Source: Methanosphaera sp.
GTDB taxonomy: Archaea; Methanobacteriota; Methanobacteria; Methanobacteriales; Methanobacteriaceae
Direction of reading: 5' to 3'
DNA: 39,603 nt
NCBI GenBank assembly: GCA_013330915.1
Contig: DUHK01000056.1
Span: 1 to 39,603, forward strand
Shown: one piece after another, positions 20,287-30,293 of the stretch
Layout: the number at the start of each line of letters is the position of its first letter
How positions within the stretch are numbered: position 1 is the first letter of the stretch
The notes under the pieces: generated by a model
What the model was told of the DNA's origin: nothing
The model's database searches: none
The model's input: only the letters and a program-made list of their open reading frames with translations
Made by a program: the position numbers and the translations under genes

Positions 20287-20775
20287 TTATATCTCTTTAA
20301 TTAATAATAAATTGTCACTGTCAGCAATTTTCTGAACTTCTTGTGTTGCTTCCAAACGTTTATTTTCACTTGTTTCAATGACTATTTTACAAACTGATTC
20401 CTGAAGATCGTTTCCAATATTCAAATCAACGCTGGAAATTTTAACATCTTCTAATTCATCAATCTTATGTACTGTTTGCATAATGTCACTGGCAGGAAGA
20501 TTACCTAACAATAAGAAAGTTTGCTTATCTTTTTCCAATATTCCATCAATCTGAACAATATCCACATTTTGTTGACGTATGAATTCTATTCCTTTTTCCA
20601 GTATATCTTTAGAACCATCTAAAGTGAAATGTACAGGAATCTTGCCGTCTGCAGTCCTGTTATCATGTTCATGTATGATTGTGGAAACATTTGCACCGAA
20701 GTTAGATAATGGTTGTAATATACTCACCAATTGTCCTGGAGTGTCCGGTAATTCTACTAATAATTTTAATCTCAT
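20287..20775 (-). CDS. ACT-domain protein (putative allosteric subunit of homoserine dehydrogenase)
   Basis: LPDTPGQLVSILQPLSNFGANVSTIIH ACT motif, directly upstream of hom. ATGA overlap with the gatC stop supports start 20775. Confidence 0.85.
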   Translation of the reverse strand: MRLKLLVELPDTPGQLVSILQPLSNFGANVSTIIHEHDNRTADGKIPVHFTLDGSKDILEKGIEFIRQQNVDIVQIDGILEKDKQTFLLLGNLPASDIMQTVHKIDELEDVKISSVDLNIGNDLQESVCKIVIETSENKRLEATQEVQKIADSDNLLLIKEI

Positions 20776-20987
20776 TTCGTCCATTTCCCTTTTTCTGCTA
20801 CTACACTACCTTGTTTGTCAACATGTGCATTTCTCAATATTTTTTCTGGATTTTTTTCTTCCATTACATCTTCTCTTGTTCTGTTAAGGTTATCTACAAT
20901 GTAACGTGTTTCTTCTGAATCTGGTATTTTATCCAATACTTCTGAAAACTTATTTAATATTTTTTCTGCTTCTTTTTCAATTTCCAT
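20772..20987 (-). CDS. gatC: Asp-tRNA(Asn)/Glu-tRNA(Gln) amidotransferase subunit C
   Basis: 71-aa archaeal GatC-like sequence (IEKEAEKIL..FSEVL, NRTRED, ILRNA, VAEKGKW). Confidence 0.85.
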   Translation of the reverse strand: MEIEKEAEKILNKFSEVLDKIPDSEETRYIVDNLNRTREDVMEEKNPEKILRNAHVDKQGSVVAEKGKWTK

Positions 20988-21106
20988 AATAGTATGCTCC
21001 TAAAAGTATTTTTATATTAATACACATTATTTCGTTTATGTTATTTATTATGTTTATTTTAACTTAAATATCTTTAGAATTTAAGAAAATACTTAATTTA
21101 AACCAA

Positions 21107-22540
21107 TTATTTTTCCAATATTTTTTTAAATTCTTCTTTTTTTAAAATTTTCTTTTTAATAACTTTATCGATTCCCGAACCATATTGTGCTGCCTTTTTT
21201 GGTCTGAATGCAATGTAATCAGGCACTCCCATTTCACTGGCCACTTCCCTTAATATGTGCTTTCTCATATTATCATCATTAGAATGCAGCATATATCTTA
21301 TCGGTGTTTTACATGCAGTCTGTATAACATCCTTATCAAGAAATGGAACTCTTAACTCAATTGAATTGCTCATGGTTGCTTTATCATCACGTTCAAGATT
21401 AACATGATACATGTTATTTAAATCATAAGTTAATTCTTCAAGCAACTTATCTGGAGAGTCATATTTATTTTTGTATCTGTTGTATCCACAGAATAGCTCA
21501 TCGGCACCCTGACCTGAAAGTATAACCTTCTGATTGTCTTCACTCGCCAGTTTACTCGTTAACTTAATGGTCATTCCCACTCCTATTTTCATGAGATTTG
21601 TATCTTCAATGCTATTTACAGTATCTTCAAAATGATTTTCTATGATTTCCTGATCGATTATCCATGTTTTAAGAGGTAACCCTATATCTTTTGCAACCCT
21701 TTGTGCAAAATCAAGATCCTGACTGTTTTGTGTTCCAACAGTGTAAAGTGTGGTTTTGACATTTAATTCTTTGAGCAATACCGCAAGTAATGTACTGTCA
21801 ACACCTGCAGAAAACAATAAAGCAACATTATTTAAATTTCTGGTTCTTTTCCTGACTGCACACAAAATATTGTTTTTAAGTTCGGATTTCAAGGATTCAT
21901 AAGGTGTATCAGATTCATATCGGGTAAATTCATCATCAATTTTTATTATTTTACCATTATAAATGGCAGTTCTTGGATTTAATGATTGAATATTATTTAA
22001 TTTTATGCTCGTCAATGCTTTTGATTCACTTGCAAAAGAGAATGTATCTGAATCATTTGAATAATACAATGGTTTTACACCAACATTATCTCTTAGAGCG
22101 ACAAAATCCTTATTATCTGTTACACAAAATGCATAATCTCCATCCAATAACGGAATCGTTTTTTTAACTGCATCCATTAAATCATGATCATAATACTTTT
22201 CAATTAATTTTAGAATTACTTCACAATCAGAATTGCTTTTGAAATCTTTTAATCCATGATCCTTGATTAATTGCGAATAATTATATATTTCCGCATTTGC
22301 TATGAGTACCAGATTACCGTTTGTTATAGGTTGAATCTCATTATTTCCTACTATGGAAAGTAAATTATGGGCTAACATGAAATCTGAACTTTCGATATCA
22401 TGGTTAATTTCATCATCATAATATATTTTGTTATTGGAGTAAATTCCCCTGGCATCAGGACCCCTGTGGCTTAGGGTATTTAACATTTCATATAACTTTT
22501 CATTAACATTTTGTCCTTTAATTCCAATTATAGAACACAT
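21107..22540 (-). CDS. asnB: Asparagine synthetase (glutamine-hydrolysing)
   Basis: N-terminal Cys2, HRGPD, EIYN, RDNVGVKPLY, SAGVDS, SGQGADELF, ELRVPFLD. Confidence 0.94.
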   Translation of the reverse strand: MCSIIGIKGQNVNEKLYEMLNTLSHRGPDARGIYSNNKIYYDDEINHDIESSDFMLAHNLLSIVGNNEIQPITNGNLVLIANAEIYNYSQLIKDHGLKDFKSNSDCEVILKLIEKYYDHDLMDAVKKTIPLLDGDYAFCVTDNKDFVALRDNVGVKPLYYSNDSDTFSFASESKALTSIKLNNIQSLNPRTAIYNGKIIKIDDEFTRYESDTPYESLKSELKNNILCAVRKRTRNLNNVALLFSAGVDSTLLAVLLKELNVKTTLYTVGTQNSQDLDFAQRVAKDIGLPLKTWIIDQEIIENHFEDTVNSIEDTNLMKIGVGMTIKLTSKLASEDNQKVILSGQGADELFCGYNRYKNKYDSPDKLLEELTYDLNNMYHVNLERDDKATMSNSIELRVPFLDKDVIQTACKTPIRYMLHSNDDNMRKHILREVASEMGVPDYIAFRPKKAAQYGSGIDKVIKKKILKKEEFKKILEK

Positions 22541-22597
22541 TAAAATTTTTCCTTAAAATTTAATAAAAAAAAAGGTTATTTTGTGGGGGTTATAAAT

Positions 22598-22879
22598 TTA
22601 AATTACTACGTAATTTAGTAACATAATCCAAACAGTCATCCACATGAAGTAATATGGTAAAACCCCATTGGATATCCAGGAACCTAAACTAATTTCTTCT
22701 CTACCGTATTTCTTTTCCGCATATTTTCCTAGACCATATACAATAACAAGTGAAATTAATACACCTAATATTTCATTGGTAACTGGTAACAATCCTTTAA
22801 CTGTAAATAGGAAAGAAATTATACCAGCAATTATTCCACCTACGATATGTTCATAAGACATGATATTTATTGCTTCCAT
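22598..22879 (-). CDS. Small 3-TM archaeal membrane protein (EMC6-like / DUF5379-like)
   Basis: 93 aa, three TMs, C-terminal W..NG..PY..MW..VWI.L.NY pattern. Confidence 0.65.
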   Translation of the reverse strand: MEAINIMSYEHIVGGIIAGIISFLFTVKGLLPVTNEILGVLISLVIVYGLGKYAEKKYGREEISLGSWISNGVLPYYFMWMTVWIMLLNYVVI

Positions 22880-22916
22880 TATATCAACCGTTTTATTTTT
22901 CCCTTTGTTTATATTA

Positions 22917-25900
22917 TTATAATGTTTCTTTGATATTATTAATAAAATTTTTTATTTTATGTTTTGATTTTTGTAAACCATTGAAATGATTATCATGATT
23001 TTTATCACGTTCTTCTATTTGATTATACAGTAGGGTATAATCCTGTGCCATTTGTTTTGTTGTTTTGAATGTTATGTTAGGAATTTCCATAATGGCTTTT
23101 TCGTAATCCTGCGGACTTCTGGATAGGCTTATTATCTTGTCATATGCTTTTTGTGGATCGTTTTCTATGAAGAATCCCCCACCATTTTCATGAACACGTT
23201 CACCTAACGCTCCAATATCCAAAGTCAATACCGGAATTCCACAACCCCAACTTTCTGTAAGTGTATGACAATATGTTTCCGGCCATATTGATAATAATCC
23301 TATGAAATGTGGCTTGATTTTATTTACTTCCTTGCAGAATTCGCTACGTTTGTAATAACCGTGGTGAATACCTATATCCTCCAAATTAAATTTCGGATGA
23401 ATGTTACCCATGTAATGTAATTCAAGCTTGTTGTCAACATCACATTCCTTGATTTTCTTAATCAGCCAACCACCCTTATTCACATTAATATGTCCAGGGA
23501 ATAATATTCTGATAGGTTCATTCTCCTTAAATTCCCGAACAACTATTTCAGATGGTGTTTGAATATCACGACCGTGTTCTATTATTCTGAAGTCTTCTTT
23601 TTGAAGCTCAGGATAAAATTCACAATACAAATCGTGTGCAGATTTGGAAGTGGTGACAAATGCATCACAATATTTAAACATCCTTGAAACATGACTTCTC
23701 CATGTTTGTATGAAAGACTTGAGTATTGGTGCGTTTAAACCACCGGTTATATCACATTGTCCTGTGTTAGAGTTTACATTGCTGCAATGACCGCCACAAT
23801 AATTCTCTTGATCATCTATCAAATTGTGTGAAGGACAAATGTAATAGAAATCATGGAATGACAGTACAACAGGAATTCCAAGAGTATGAGCTACGTATGG
23901 CATGTCGAAGGAGTGACGTATCAAATGTCTTATATGTACCAGATCTATTTTTAACAGGTGCAGAATGTTGAAATAAATTCTTCTAAATTCCCTGTTAAAT
24001 GGTTCTCTAATGGTGTATGTTGATTTAATATCCCATTTAGCCAACAATTTCAGATGCTGCAGGAATTCGTTGTCTGCATTATCATCCGAACTGATTGTAT
24101 TAGATATTTTTGAGTACTTGTATAGTTTAATCTCTGTTTTACCTGCAGTCAAAAGGTATGGCTCAATGTTTTCAGACAGATTAGCCATTAATTCAATACT
24201 AGTATGTAATGTTCCGCCATTTCCTTCATGAATAAGATACAAGATTCTTTTTACGTTGAATTGACTGTTATCATCATCCAATGCTCTGCTAATGTTTTCA
24301 CGTATTATGTTCAAATCAACCGAATTAGTTAAATCCAATAGTTTCAAACGGTATTCCGGAAACTTCTCATCCAATATTTTTCTGTTTTCTTCAAACAATA
24401 TTTCTTTCTGAGAAGAAAAGGAAACATTATGCTTGTGATAAATGTATGTTGAAGTATCCAATGCGTGCAGCCAGTCCTTTTCCAAGAGTCTCATACAAAA
24501 GTCATTTTCTTCACAGTATCCCATGCCGTATATTTGATCAAAGAATCCGACATCGTATATTGCATCTCTGCGGATATACATGCAAAATCCATTTCCTGTG
24601 GTTGCATAGACTTTGTCTCTTTTAGGCATCTTTTCTATGATGTTGCTTGTTCCAAGGATACCTATGTTTTCATTAATTTCATTGTCTTCATCCTTTACAG
24701 GCACTGAAAATGCACCTGCATTGTTTGATAAAGGCGTTACTGTAGCAATGTTATTTTTTGTATAAGATGTTACTTTCAGTTTTTGTAACCATTTTGGAGT
24801 AACTTCCGTGTCACTATTAAGTATCACAACATCGTGTGCAGTATTTTCAAATCCCAGATTGATGTTTTTAACGAAACCCTGATTTACTTCATTCGTTATG
24901 ACCCTTACATTGTCCATTTTTTCATATTCAGACAACAACTTTCCAATCCTTTCATCTGTGCTGCAATCATCGATTAACAACAGCTCATAATCTATGCTCG
25001 TGTATCTTATTACACTTTCTATACATGCTTTTGTTTCATCATAAGCGTTGTAAATCGGTATGATTATTGATGTTTTCTCTTCAAATGATTTTAGGATATT
25101 GTCAATTGTTTTATCATCATATTTTAGTTTTAACAAATCATCACTTGTGTGTAAGAGTCGTTGGAAGTATTGATTTTTGAAATAGAATTCCTTGCTTTCA
25201 TCATATTTGAAATTATTTTTCCAACAAACATAGTTAAAACTTAACTGATCCCGTCTGCTGTAATTTTCAACCTCATTAAACCAGTCTTCCATTACCTTTA
25301 TCACTTCTGGATCACTATGATTTCTGAATATAATACCACTGGCGATTAATCCATTATTTTTAGGATAATTTTCTTTGGCATATCTTTCTATCTGTTTGTT
25401 GATTATTTCAGGGTCGTCTTTTTCCAATCGTATACATTCTCTTGCCTCATCATAGATATCATCACGTTTGTCATGTTTTATGACCATCAGTTTACGATTT
25501 TTAGCATATCTGTTTATGTATTCTTCCACGTCACCGATTATGTCAAAGTTTGCATCTATCCATAGAGAATAATCATATTCCTTAAGATATTCATGAGGAA
25601 GTATCTTATGACGCCTTGCCTTTCTGACACGATCCAAAGTACTTTCTTCCATTAGCTTAATAGTCCAAAAGTCGGATTTCAATTCAGGATTGTCAGTAAA
25701 GCAGATGTAATCAAAGTTAGGATTAATTACAGATGGAGTTACCAAATTGTCATAGTTTCCTGTTAAGGCCGTGTAAACCACAAGTTTATCCTTTTCAAAG
25801 TCAAAATTCATGGTTTTTTTAGCTATTAATTCTTCCAATGAATCCATAGGATGTAAGTTATCATCAATTGTTTCTATTAATTCATTTATATCTGTTGTTG

Positions 25901-28900
25901 CCTCATACAATGCATGAATTTCAAATTTAGACAGCATTTTTACGAACAATGAAAAGTCCTGATTGTTAGGATTATAGAAATTATACTGATATTTAATATA
26001 GACCAAATCAATCTTTAAATTGATTAATGTATTAACATAAGCTTTTGTGAATTCATTCTTATCCCATAGGGAATCAATTACCCATTTATTGTATAATACG
26101 AAACGACCGTCAATCATTTCCCCTATTTTTATGTCCTTAGAACCTAATGCCAATATGATACAATCATATTCCTCTGCGATTTTAAGGTAATCCTCCCCCA
26201 GAAGAACCTTGCTTTTGTTTTGACTTGTTACATACAGCACCCTTTCTGATGTTTTGTTCTCCTTGAATAGGAAATTTATTCTTCCAACAGAATCTTTTAT
26301 TTTATCAGAATTTGCAAATTCATCCCACAAATCATATAAATCAGGATATCTTTCCGTTAATATCTTTTTATTCTCTGATTTTAATTTGTTTGATGCATCT
26401 TCATTAAATGATGCATGACGTCTATGATATACAAATACAGAGTCGTTTCTGATATTTAACCATCCCTCTTTGTATGCCCTGAATGTGAAATCAGTTTCTT
26501 CACCATAGCCTCTTCCGAAACTTTCATCAAAATACCCTATTTCATCGATAAGTTCCCGTTTAATGAATAAACAGAACCCATTGCCTGTAGGTGCTTCGAT
26601 ATTGCTGTTGAAGGACAACTTATCAATTTGATATGAACTTTTATTTAAAAATTTAAAGTCTTTTTTTGCCCCCAATTGCGGAATTGAAATATCTGACGCA
26701 TTTGAATATGGTGTTACCGTTCCAATATGATTTGAGGAGTATGCACAATAAACTATATGAGATAACCAGTGAGGTGTTACGATAGTATCACTGTTTAACA
26801 ATAAAACATCGTTTTGTGTTAATTTCATTCCCAAATTAACATTTTTGACAAATCCCTGATTTTTCTCATTTCTCACTATTTTTATGTTTGGTATTCCCTC
26901 CAATGAGGACAACAGCTCCCCTATCCGTTTATCACTACTGCAGTCATCTATTAATATTAATTCATAAGGTATGTTTGTGTTTCTCAGAACACTGGTTATG
27001 CAATCCTTTGTTTCCTCGTAAGCATTGTATATTGGAATGATTATTGATACTTCATTTTCTAAAGCATCCAGCATACTTAATGAAGTGTTGATATTGTAAC
27101 GGTTGTCAAACTTTTTCATATGCTTATTCAAGGTCATGAAACTATCTCTTAGTTCACGTTTACCCCTTTTCAGATAATGGTATAACGGATTTATGCCGGA
27201 TTCTTCAACATCAGGATACATCTCATTATATTTGTTTATTGAGAAGTTAAGACTAGGTTCCAAACCCTGTCTTGATCCAGTTGTGATAAAATGCATTAAA
27301 GGGTCATTGGTTATATAAAATGAATAACCTGCCTGTTTTAGATAATGTTCCTCATCAAATAATCCGGAATCAGAAATAACTTTATAAACATCCATTATTT
27401 CTTTAACATAATGAATTAATGGATTAGTATCCGTATTCTTAATTTCCGGATGTAATTCATAGTATTTTTTTGTGTTAAATAGCCATGATGGATTTTTACC
27501 TTCCTTATAACCCTTATCAAGATAATGTTCCAATGGGTCAATGACTGTTTCATCATCATTTAATGAGGACATGTAATATTCTTCGTCAAAAAGTCCTTTT
27601 TCATAAACAAAATTTCTGAAGAGTTTATAATTTGACAGACTCAAATCATGATTAATCAGTCTTCCGGAATTTAGAGCAAAGAGTACGTAATGAATCAAAG
27701 GATTTTTGTATGTGTAATATACGTCAAGATTATTTTTAAGATAATTCTCCTGATTGAAGTATATTGAAGGTTTTTTATTTTCCTTATATCCTACCGTTAG
27801 ATAATGAGTTATCAAATCCATTTCTATGTTGTTAGAAAACTGTTTTCGATAATATTCTTCATCAAATAAACCTGAAGTGTACACTTTTTCCCTGAATTGT
27901 TTCAGTTCGGATAGTGTTGAATAGAATTTAACGTACTTGTTTTCTTCAAAACCGAATTGCCAGTAATGTACCAATGGATTAAATTCCTTTTCAAGTATTA
28001 TCTTATTATTTTTCAGGTATTGGTTTGTACTAAACAATAACGATGGATCAAAACCCTTATCTGAACCTTCATAGAGGTAATGGTAAAGAGGATGTTTGAT
28101 TTGTGAATAGTCATCACATTGACTTAGATAAAACTCATCTACAAATAGACCTTCATCATAAACCATCTTTTCAAAGTCTTCAAATTCAGGTAGTCTTAGA
28201 CCGTAGCTAATTATCCTATTTTGATCCACACCATACTGTACATAATGTAACAACGGATTGAAGCCTGCATCTTCAACGTCCTGATTATATTTGAAATATT
28301 CCCTGTTGGAAAATTTCATTGAAGGATCTTTTCCTTCTTTCCATCCATGGTATAAATAATGATCCAGTGGGTTGAATATTTCAGTAGTACATTGACTTAA
28401 ATAAAACTCATCATCAAATAGGCCGTTATCTTTTATAAATCTTATCGAATCCTTATAATCCGACAGATTCATATTAAATTTAACCTTTCTTTTGCTGTCC
28501 AATGATTTGGTAACATAGAATATCAGTGGATTCAATCCTGATCTTGAAATGTCTATGCTGTTTTCTAAAAAACATGTCGTATCAAAGTTTAATGATGGAT
28601 TCAATCCCCTTTTATATCCGACAGCCAGATAATGAGGCAGAGCCTGTTTTTTTGAAATATCCGGGTTAAAGAACAGGTAATATTCATCGTCAAAGAGTTC
28701 TTCAGCATATACACTGTTTTTAAAATCGGTATACTGGGAATAGTTTAAGTCAAAGTTGAATTTTCTTTTGCTCTCAAGTCCGTATCGAACAAAATGCATT
28801 AATGGATTTACATCTGCATTTGCTACGTCCACATTATATTCAAGATACTTGTTGGTGTTAAAGAGATATGATGGATTTTTAGATTCTTTCCAACCAAAGA

Positions 28901-30122
28901 GCAGGTAATCGGCTAATGGGTTAGTGTTCACGGAATAATGACTTGTGTAATATTCATCGTCAAAGAGTCCCTCTTGATATACGACTTCCTTAAAATTTTT
29001 ATAAACTCCCAATGTAAGATCTTCACATATTTTGGTGTTTGGATTAAAATCCTTGATATAAAAATGAATAAATGGATTTACCTCTTCCTTAATATTGTTA
29101 TGTTCAACATAGTATTCTTGATTGAAAATCAATGAAGGATTTTTACCTTCTTTCCATCCTTTAATCAAATAATGACCAAAAGCATCATCACAATCAATAT
29201 CTGAATATTGGTGTTTGTAGTAATTTTCATCAAACAAATCAAGATTATATACTTCCTGTCTGAATTCTTTAAATTCCCTGAAAGTTAAATCAAAAATGAA
29301 CTTTCTATTACTTTCAAGACCATATTTAACAAAATGAAGTAACGGATTCATGTCTGATTTCTTAACATCCACATTATACTCCAGATATCGTTCATTATTG
29401 AAAATATATGACGGATTTTTACCCTCTTCATAGCCTGTGGTAATGTAATGATCTAAGGGATATTTTATGTCCTCACCGTCAAACTGGTTACGATAATATT
29501 CATCATCAAACAGGGACTCCTCATAAACAGTACTGACAAAACCCTTATAATCATCCAAACTCAAATCAAACTTAACCTTCCTACCACTACCCATAGCATA
29601 CAACACATAATGAAGCAAAGGATTCAAACCAGCCTCAGCAACATCAACATTATTCCTCAAATAACAACAAGTATCAAAACAAATGGATGGATTGTAACCT
29701 TCCTTGGCACCTGTTTTGAAATAGTGGTCCAAAGGATATTCAATTTCCTCGTTGTCAAACTGGTTACGATAATATTCATCATCAAACAGGGACTCCTCAT
29801 AAACAGTACTGACAAAACCCTTATAATCATCCAAACTCAAATCAAACTTAACCTTCCTACCACTACCCATAGCATACAACACATAATGAAGCAAAGGATT
29901 CAAACCAGCCTCAGCAACATCAACATTATTCCTCAAATAACAACAAGTATCAAAGAAAACGGAGGGATTGTAACCTTTTTTGTATCCTGTATTCAAATAG
30001 TGTTCTAATGGATCATCAACCGGTTCACCTACTTGTTTTAGATAGTATTCCTCATCGAAAAGATTGCTTTCCAACAACTTGTTTCTTTGATTTATTGTAA
30101 TTGTGTTATTTTTTTCAACCAT
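22917..30122 (-). CDS. Giant multi-module glycosyltransferase (2401 aa): 11 repeats, GT2, GT-B remnant, DUF616-like GT, GT2, GT4-like
   Basis: Two SIIIPIYNAY..LIDDCS.D..LLNSD GT2 domains, VYTALTGNYD..YICFTDN..WIDAN..RDQLSF DUF616-like domain, and C-terminal SFHDFYYICP..GHINVNKG..WPETYCHTLTE. Confidence 0.92.
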   Translation of the reverse strand: MVEKNNTITINQRNKLLESNLFDEEYYLKQVGEPVDDPLEHYLNTGYKKGYNPSVFFDTCCYLRNNVDVAEAGLNPLLHYVLYAMGSGRKVKFDLSLDDYKGFVSTVYEESLFDDEYYRNQFDNEEIEYPLDHYFKTGAKEGYNPSICFDTCCYLRNNVDVAEAGLNPLLHYVLYAMGSGRKVKFDLSLDDYKGFVSTVYEESLFDDEYYRNQFDGEDIKYPLDHYITTGYEEGKNPSYIFNNERYLEYNVDVKKSDMNPLLHFVKYGLESNRKFIFDLTFREFKEFRQEVYNLDLFDENYYKHQYSDIDCDDAFGHYLIKGWKEGKNPSLIFNQEYYVEHNNIKEEVNPFIHFYIKDFNPNTKICEDLTLGVYKNFKEVVYQEGLFDDEYYTSHYSVNTNPLADYLLFGWKESKNPSYLFNTNKYLEYNVDVANADVNPLMHFVRYGLESKRKFNFDLNYSQYTDFKNSVYAEELFDDEYYLFFNPDISKKQALPHYLAVGYKRGLNPSLNFDTTCFLENSIDISRSGLNPLIFYVTKSLDSKRKVKFNMNLSDYKDSIRFIKDNGLFDDEFYLSQCTTEIFNPLDHYLYHGWKEGKDPSMKFSNREYFKYNQDVEDAGFNPLLHYVQYGVDQNRIISYGLRLPEFEDFEKMVYDEGLFVDEFYLSQCDDYSQIKHPLYHYLYEGSDKGFDPSLLFSTNQYLKNNKIILEKEFNPLVHYWQFGFEENKYVKFYSTLSELKQFREKVYTSGLFDEEYYRKQFSNNIEMDLITHYLTVGYKENKKPSIYFNQENYLKNNLDVYYTYKNPLIHYVLFALNSGRLINHDLSLSNYKLFRNFVYEKGLFDEEYYMSSLNDDETVIDPLEHYLDKGYKEGKNPSWLFNTKKYYELHPEIKNTDTNPLIHYVKEIMDVYKVISDSGLFDEEHYLKQAGYSFYITNDPLMHFITTGSRQGLEPSLNFSINKYNEMYPDVEESGINPLYHYLKRGKRELRDSFMTLNKHMKKFDNRYNINTSLSMLDALENEVSIIIPIYNAYEETKDCITSVLRNTNIPYELILIDDCSSDKRIGELLSSLEGIPNIKIVRNEKNQGFVKNVNLGMKLTQNDVLLLNSDTIVTPHWLSHIVYCAYSSNHIGTVTPYSNASDISIPQLGAKKDFKFLNKSSYQIDKLSFNSNIEAPTGNGFCLFIKRELIDEIGYFDESFGRGYGEETDFTFRAYKEGWLNIRNDSVFVYHRRHASFNEDASNKLKSENKKILTERYPDLYDLWDEFANSDKIKDSVGRINFLFKENKTSERVLYVTSQNKSKVLLGEDYLKIAEEYDCIILALGSKDIKIGEMIDGRFVLYNKWVIDSLWDKNEFTKAYVNTLINLKIDLVYIKYQYNFYNPNNQDFSLFVKMLSKFEIHALYEATTDINELIETIDDNLHPMDSLEELIAKKTMNFDFEKDKLVVYTALTGNYDNLVTPSVINPNFDYICFTDNPELKSDFWTIKLMEESTLDRVRKARRHKILPHEYLKEYDYSLWIDANFDIIGDVEEYINRYAKNRKLMVIKHDKRDDIYDEARECIRLEKDDPEIINKQIERYAKENYPKNNGLIASGIIFRNHSDPEVIKVMEDWFNEVENYSRRDQLSFNYVCWKNNFKYDESKEFYFKNQYFQRLLHTSDDLLKLKYDDKTIDNILKSFEEKTSIIIPIYNAYDETKACIESVIRYTSIDYELLLIDDCSTDERIGKLLSEYEKMDNVRVITNEVNQGFVKNINLGFENTAHDVVILNSDTEVTPKWLQKLKVTSYTKNNIATVTPLSNNAGAFSVPVKDEDNEINENIGILGTSNIIEKMPKRDKVYATTGNGFCMYIRRDAIYDVGFFDQIYGMGYCEENDFCMRLLEKDWLHALDTSTYIYHKHNVSFSSQKEILFEENRKILDEKFPEYRLKLLDLTNSVDLNIIRENISRALDDDNSQFNVKRILYLIHEGNGGTLHTSIELMANLSENIEPYLLTAGKTEIKLYKYSKISNTISSDDNADNEFLQHLKLLAKWDIKSTYTIREPFNREFRRIYFNILHLLKIDLVHIRHLIRHSFDMPYVAHTLGIPVVLSFHDFYYICPSHNLIDDQENYCGGHCSNVNSNTGQCDITGGLNAPILKSFIQTWRSHVSRMFKYCDAFVTTSKSAHDLYCEFYPELQKEDFRIIEHGRDIQTPSEIVVREFKENEPIRILFPGHINVNKGGWLIKKIKECDVDNKLELHYMGNIHPKFNLEDIGIHHGYYKRSEFCKEVNKIKPHFIGLLSIWPETYCHTLTESWGCGIPVLTLDIGALGERVHENGGGFFIENDPQKAYDKIISLSRSPQDYEKAIMEIPNITFKTTKQMAQDYTLLYNQIEERDKNHDNHFNGLQKSKHKIKNFINNIKETL
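27150..30062 (-). repeat. Eleven tandem protein repeats of about 75-93 aa
   Basis: Units counted by LF(D/V)xxxY starts; consensus LFDxEYY..PLxHYL..GxKEGxNPS..FxxxxYL..NxDV....NPLLHYV. Boundaries approximate. Confidence 0.9.
29478..29954. repeat. Exact 201-bp direct repeat, period 276 bp (92 codons)
   Basis: 29478-29678 and 29754-29954 compared base by base: identical from gtcaaactgg to gtatcaaa. Confidence 0.95.
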
Positions 30123-30293
30123 TTTCTAACAGTCCCCCGTTGGGTGTAGTATTATTTTGATTTTATATTTGGATGTTAAAAATTATTCATTAATACTTTA
30201 TCCTTAATAGTAATTATTTTTATCTTATAAAAACATACTTTTTTAATTAGTATTAACGACATAGTATATATAAAAGAAAATTGGGGTGTAACT

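Noticed and set aside
29478..29954. Diversity-generating retroelement TR/VR pair
   Set aside because: The copies are identical with no adenine-specific mismatches, both are in frame in one gene, and no reverse transcriptase is in the window.
29610..30008. 132-aa plus-strand ORF with an internal repeat
   Set aside because: Antisense shadow of the GT repeat; the A/C-rich strand simply lacks stop codons.
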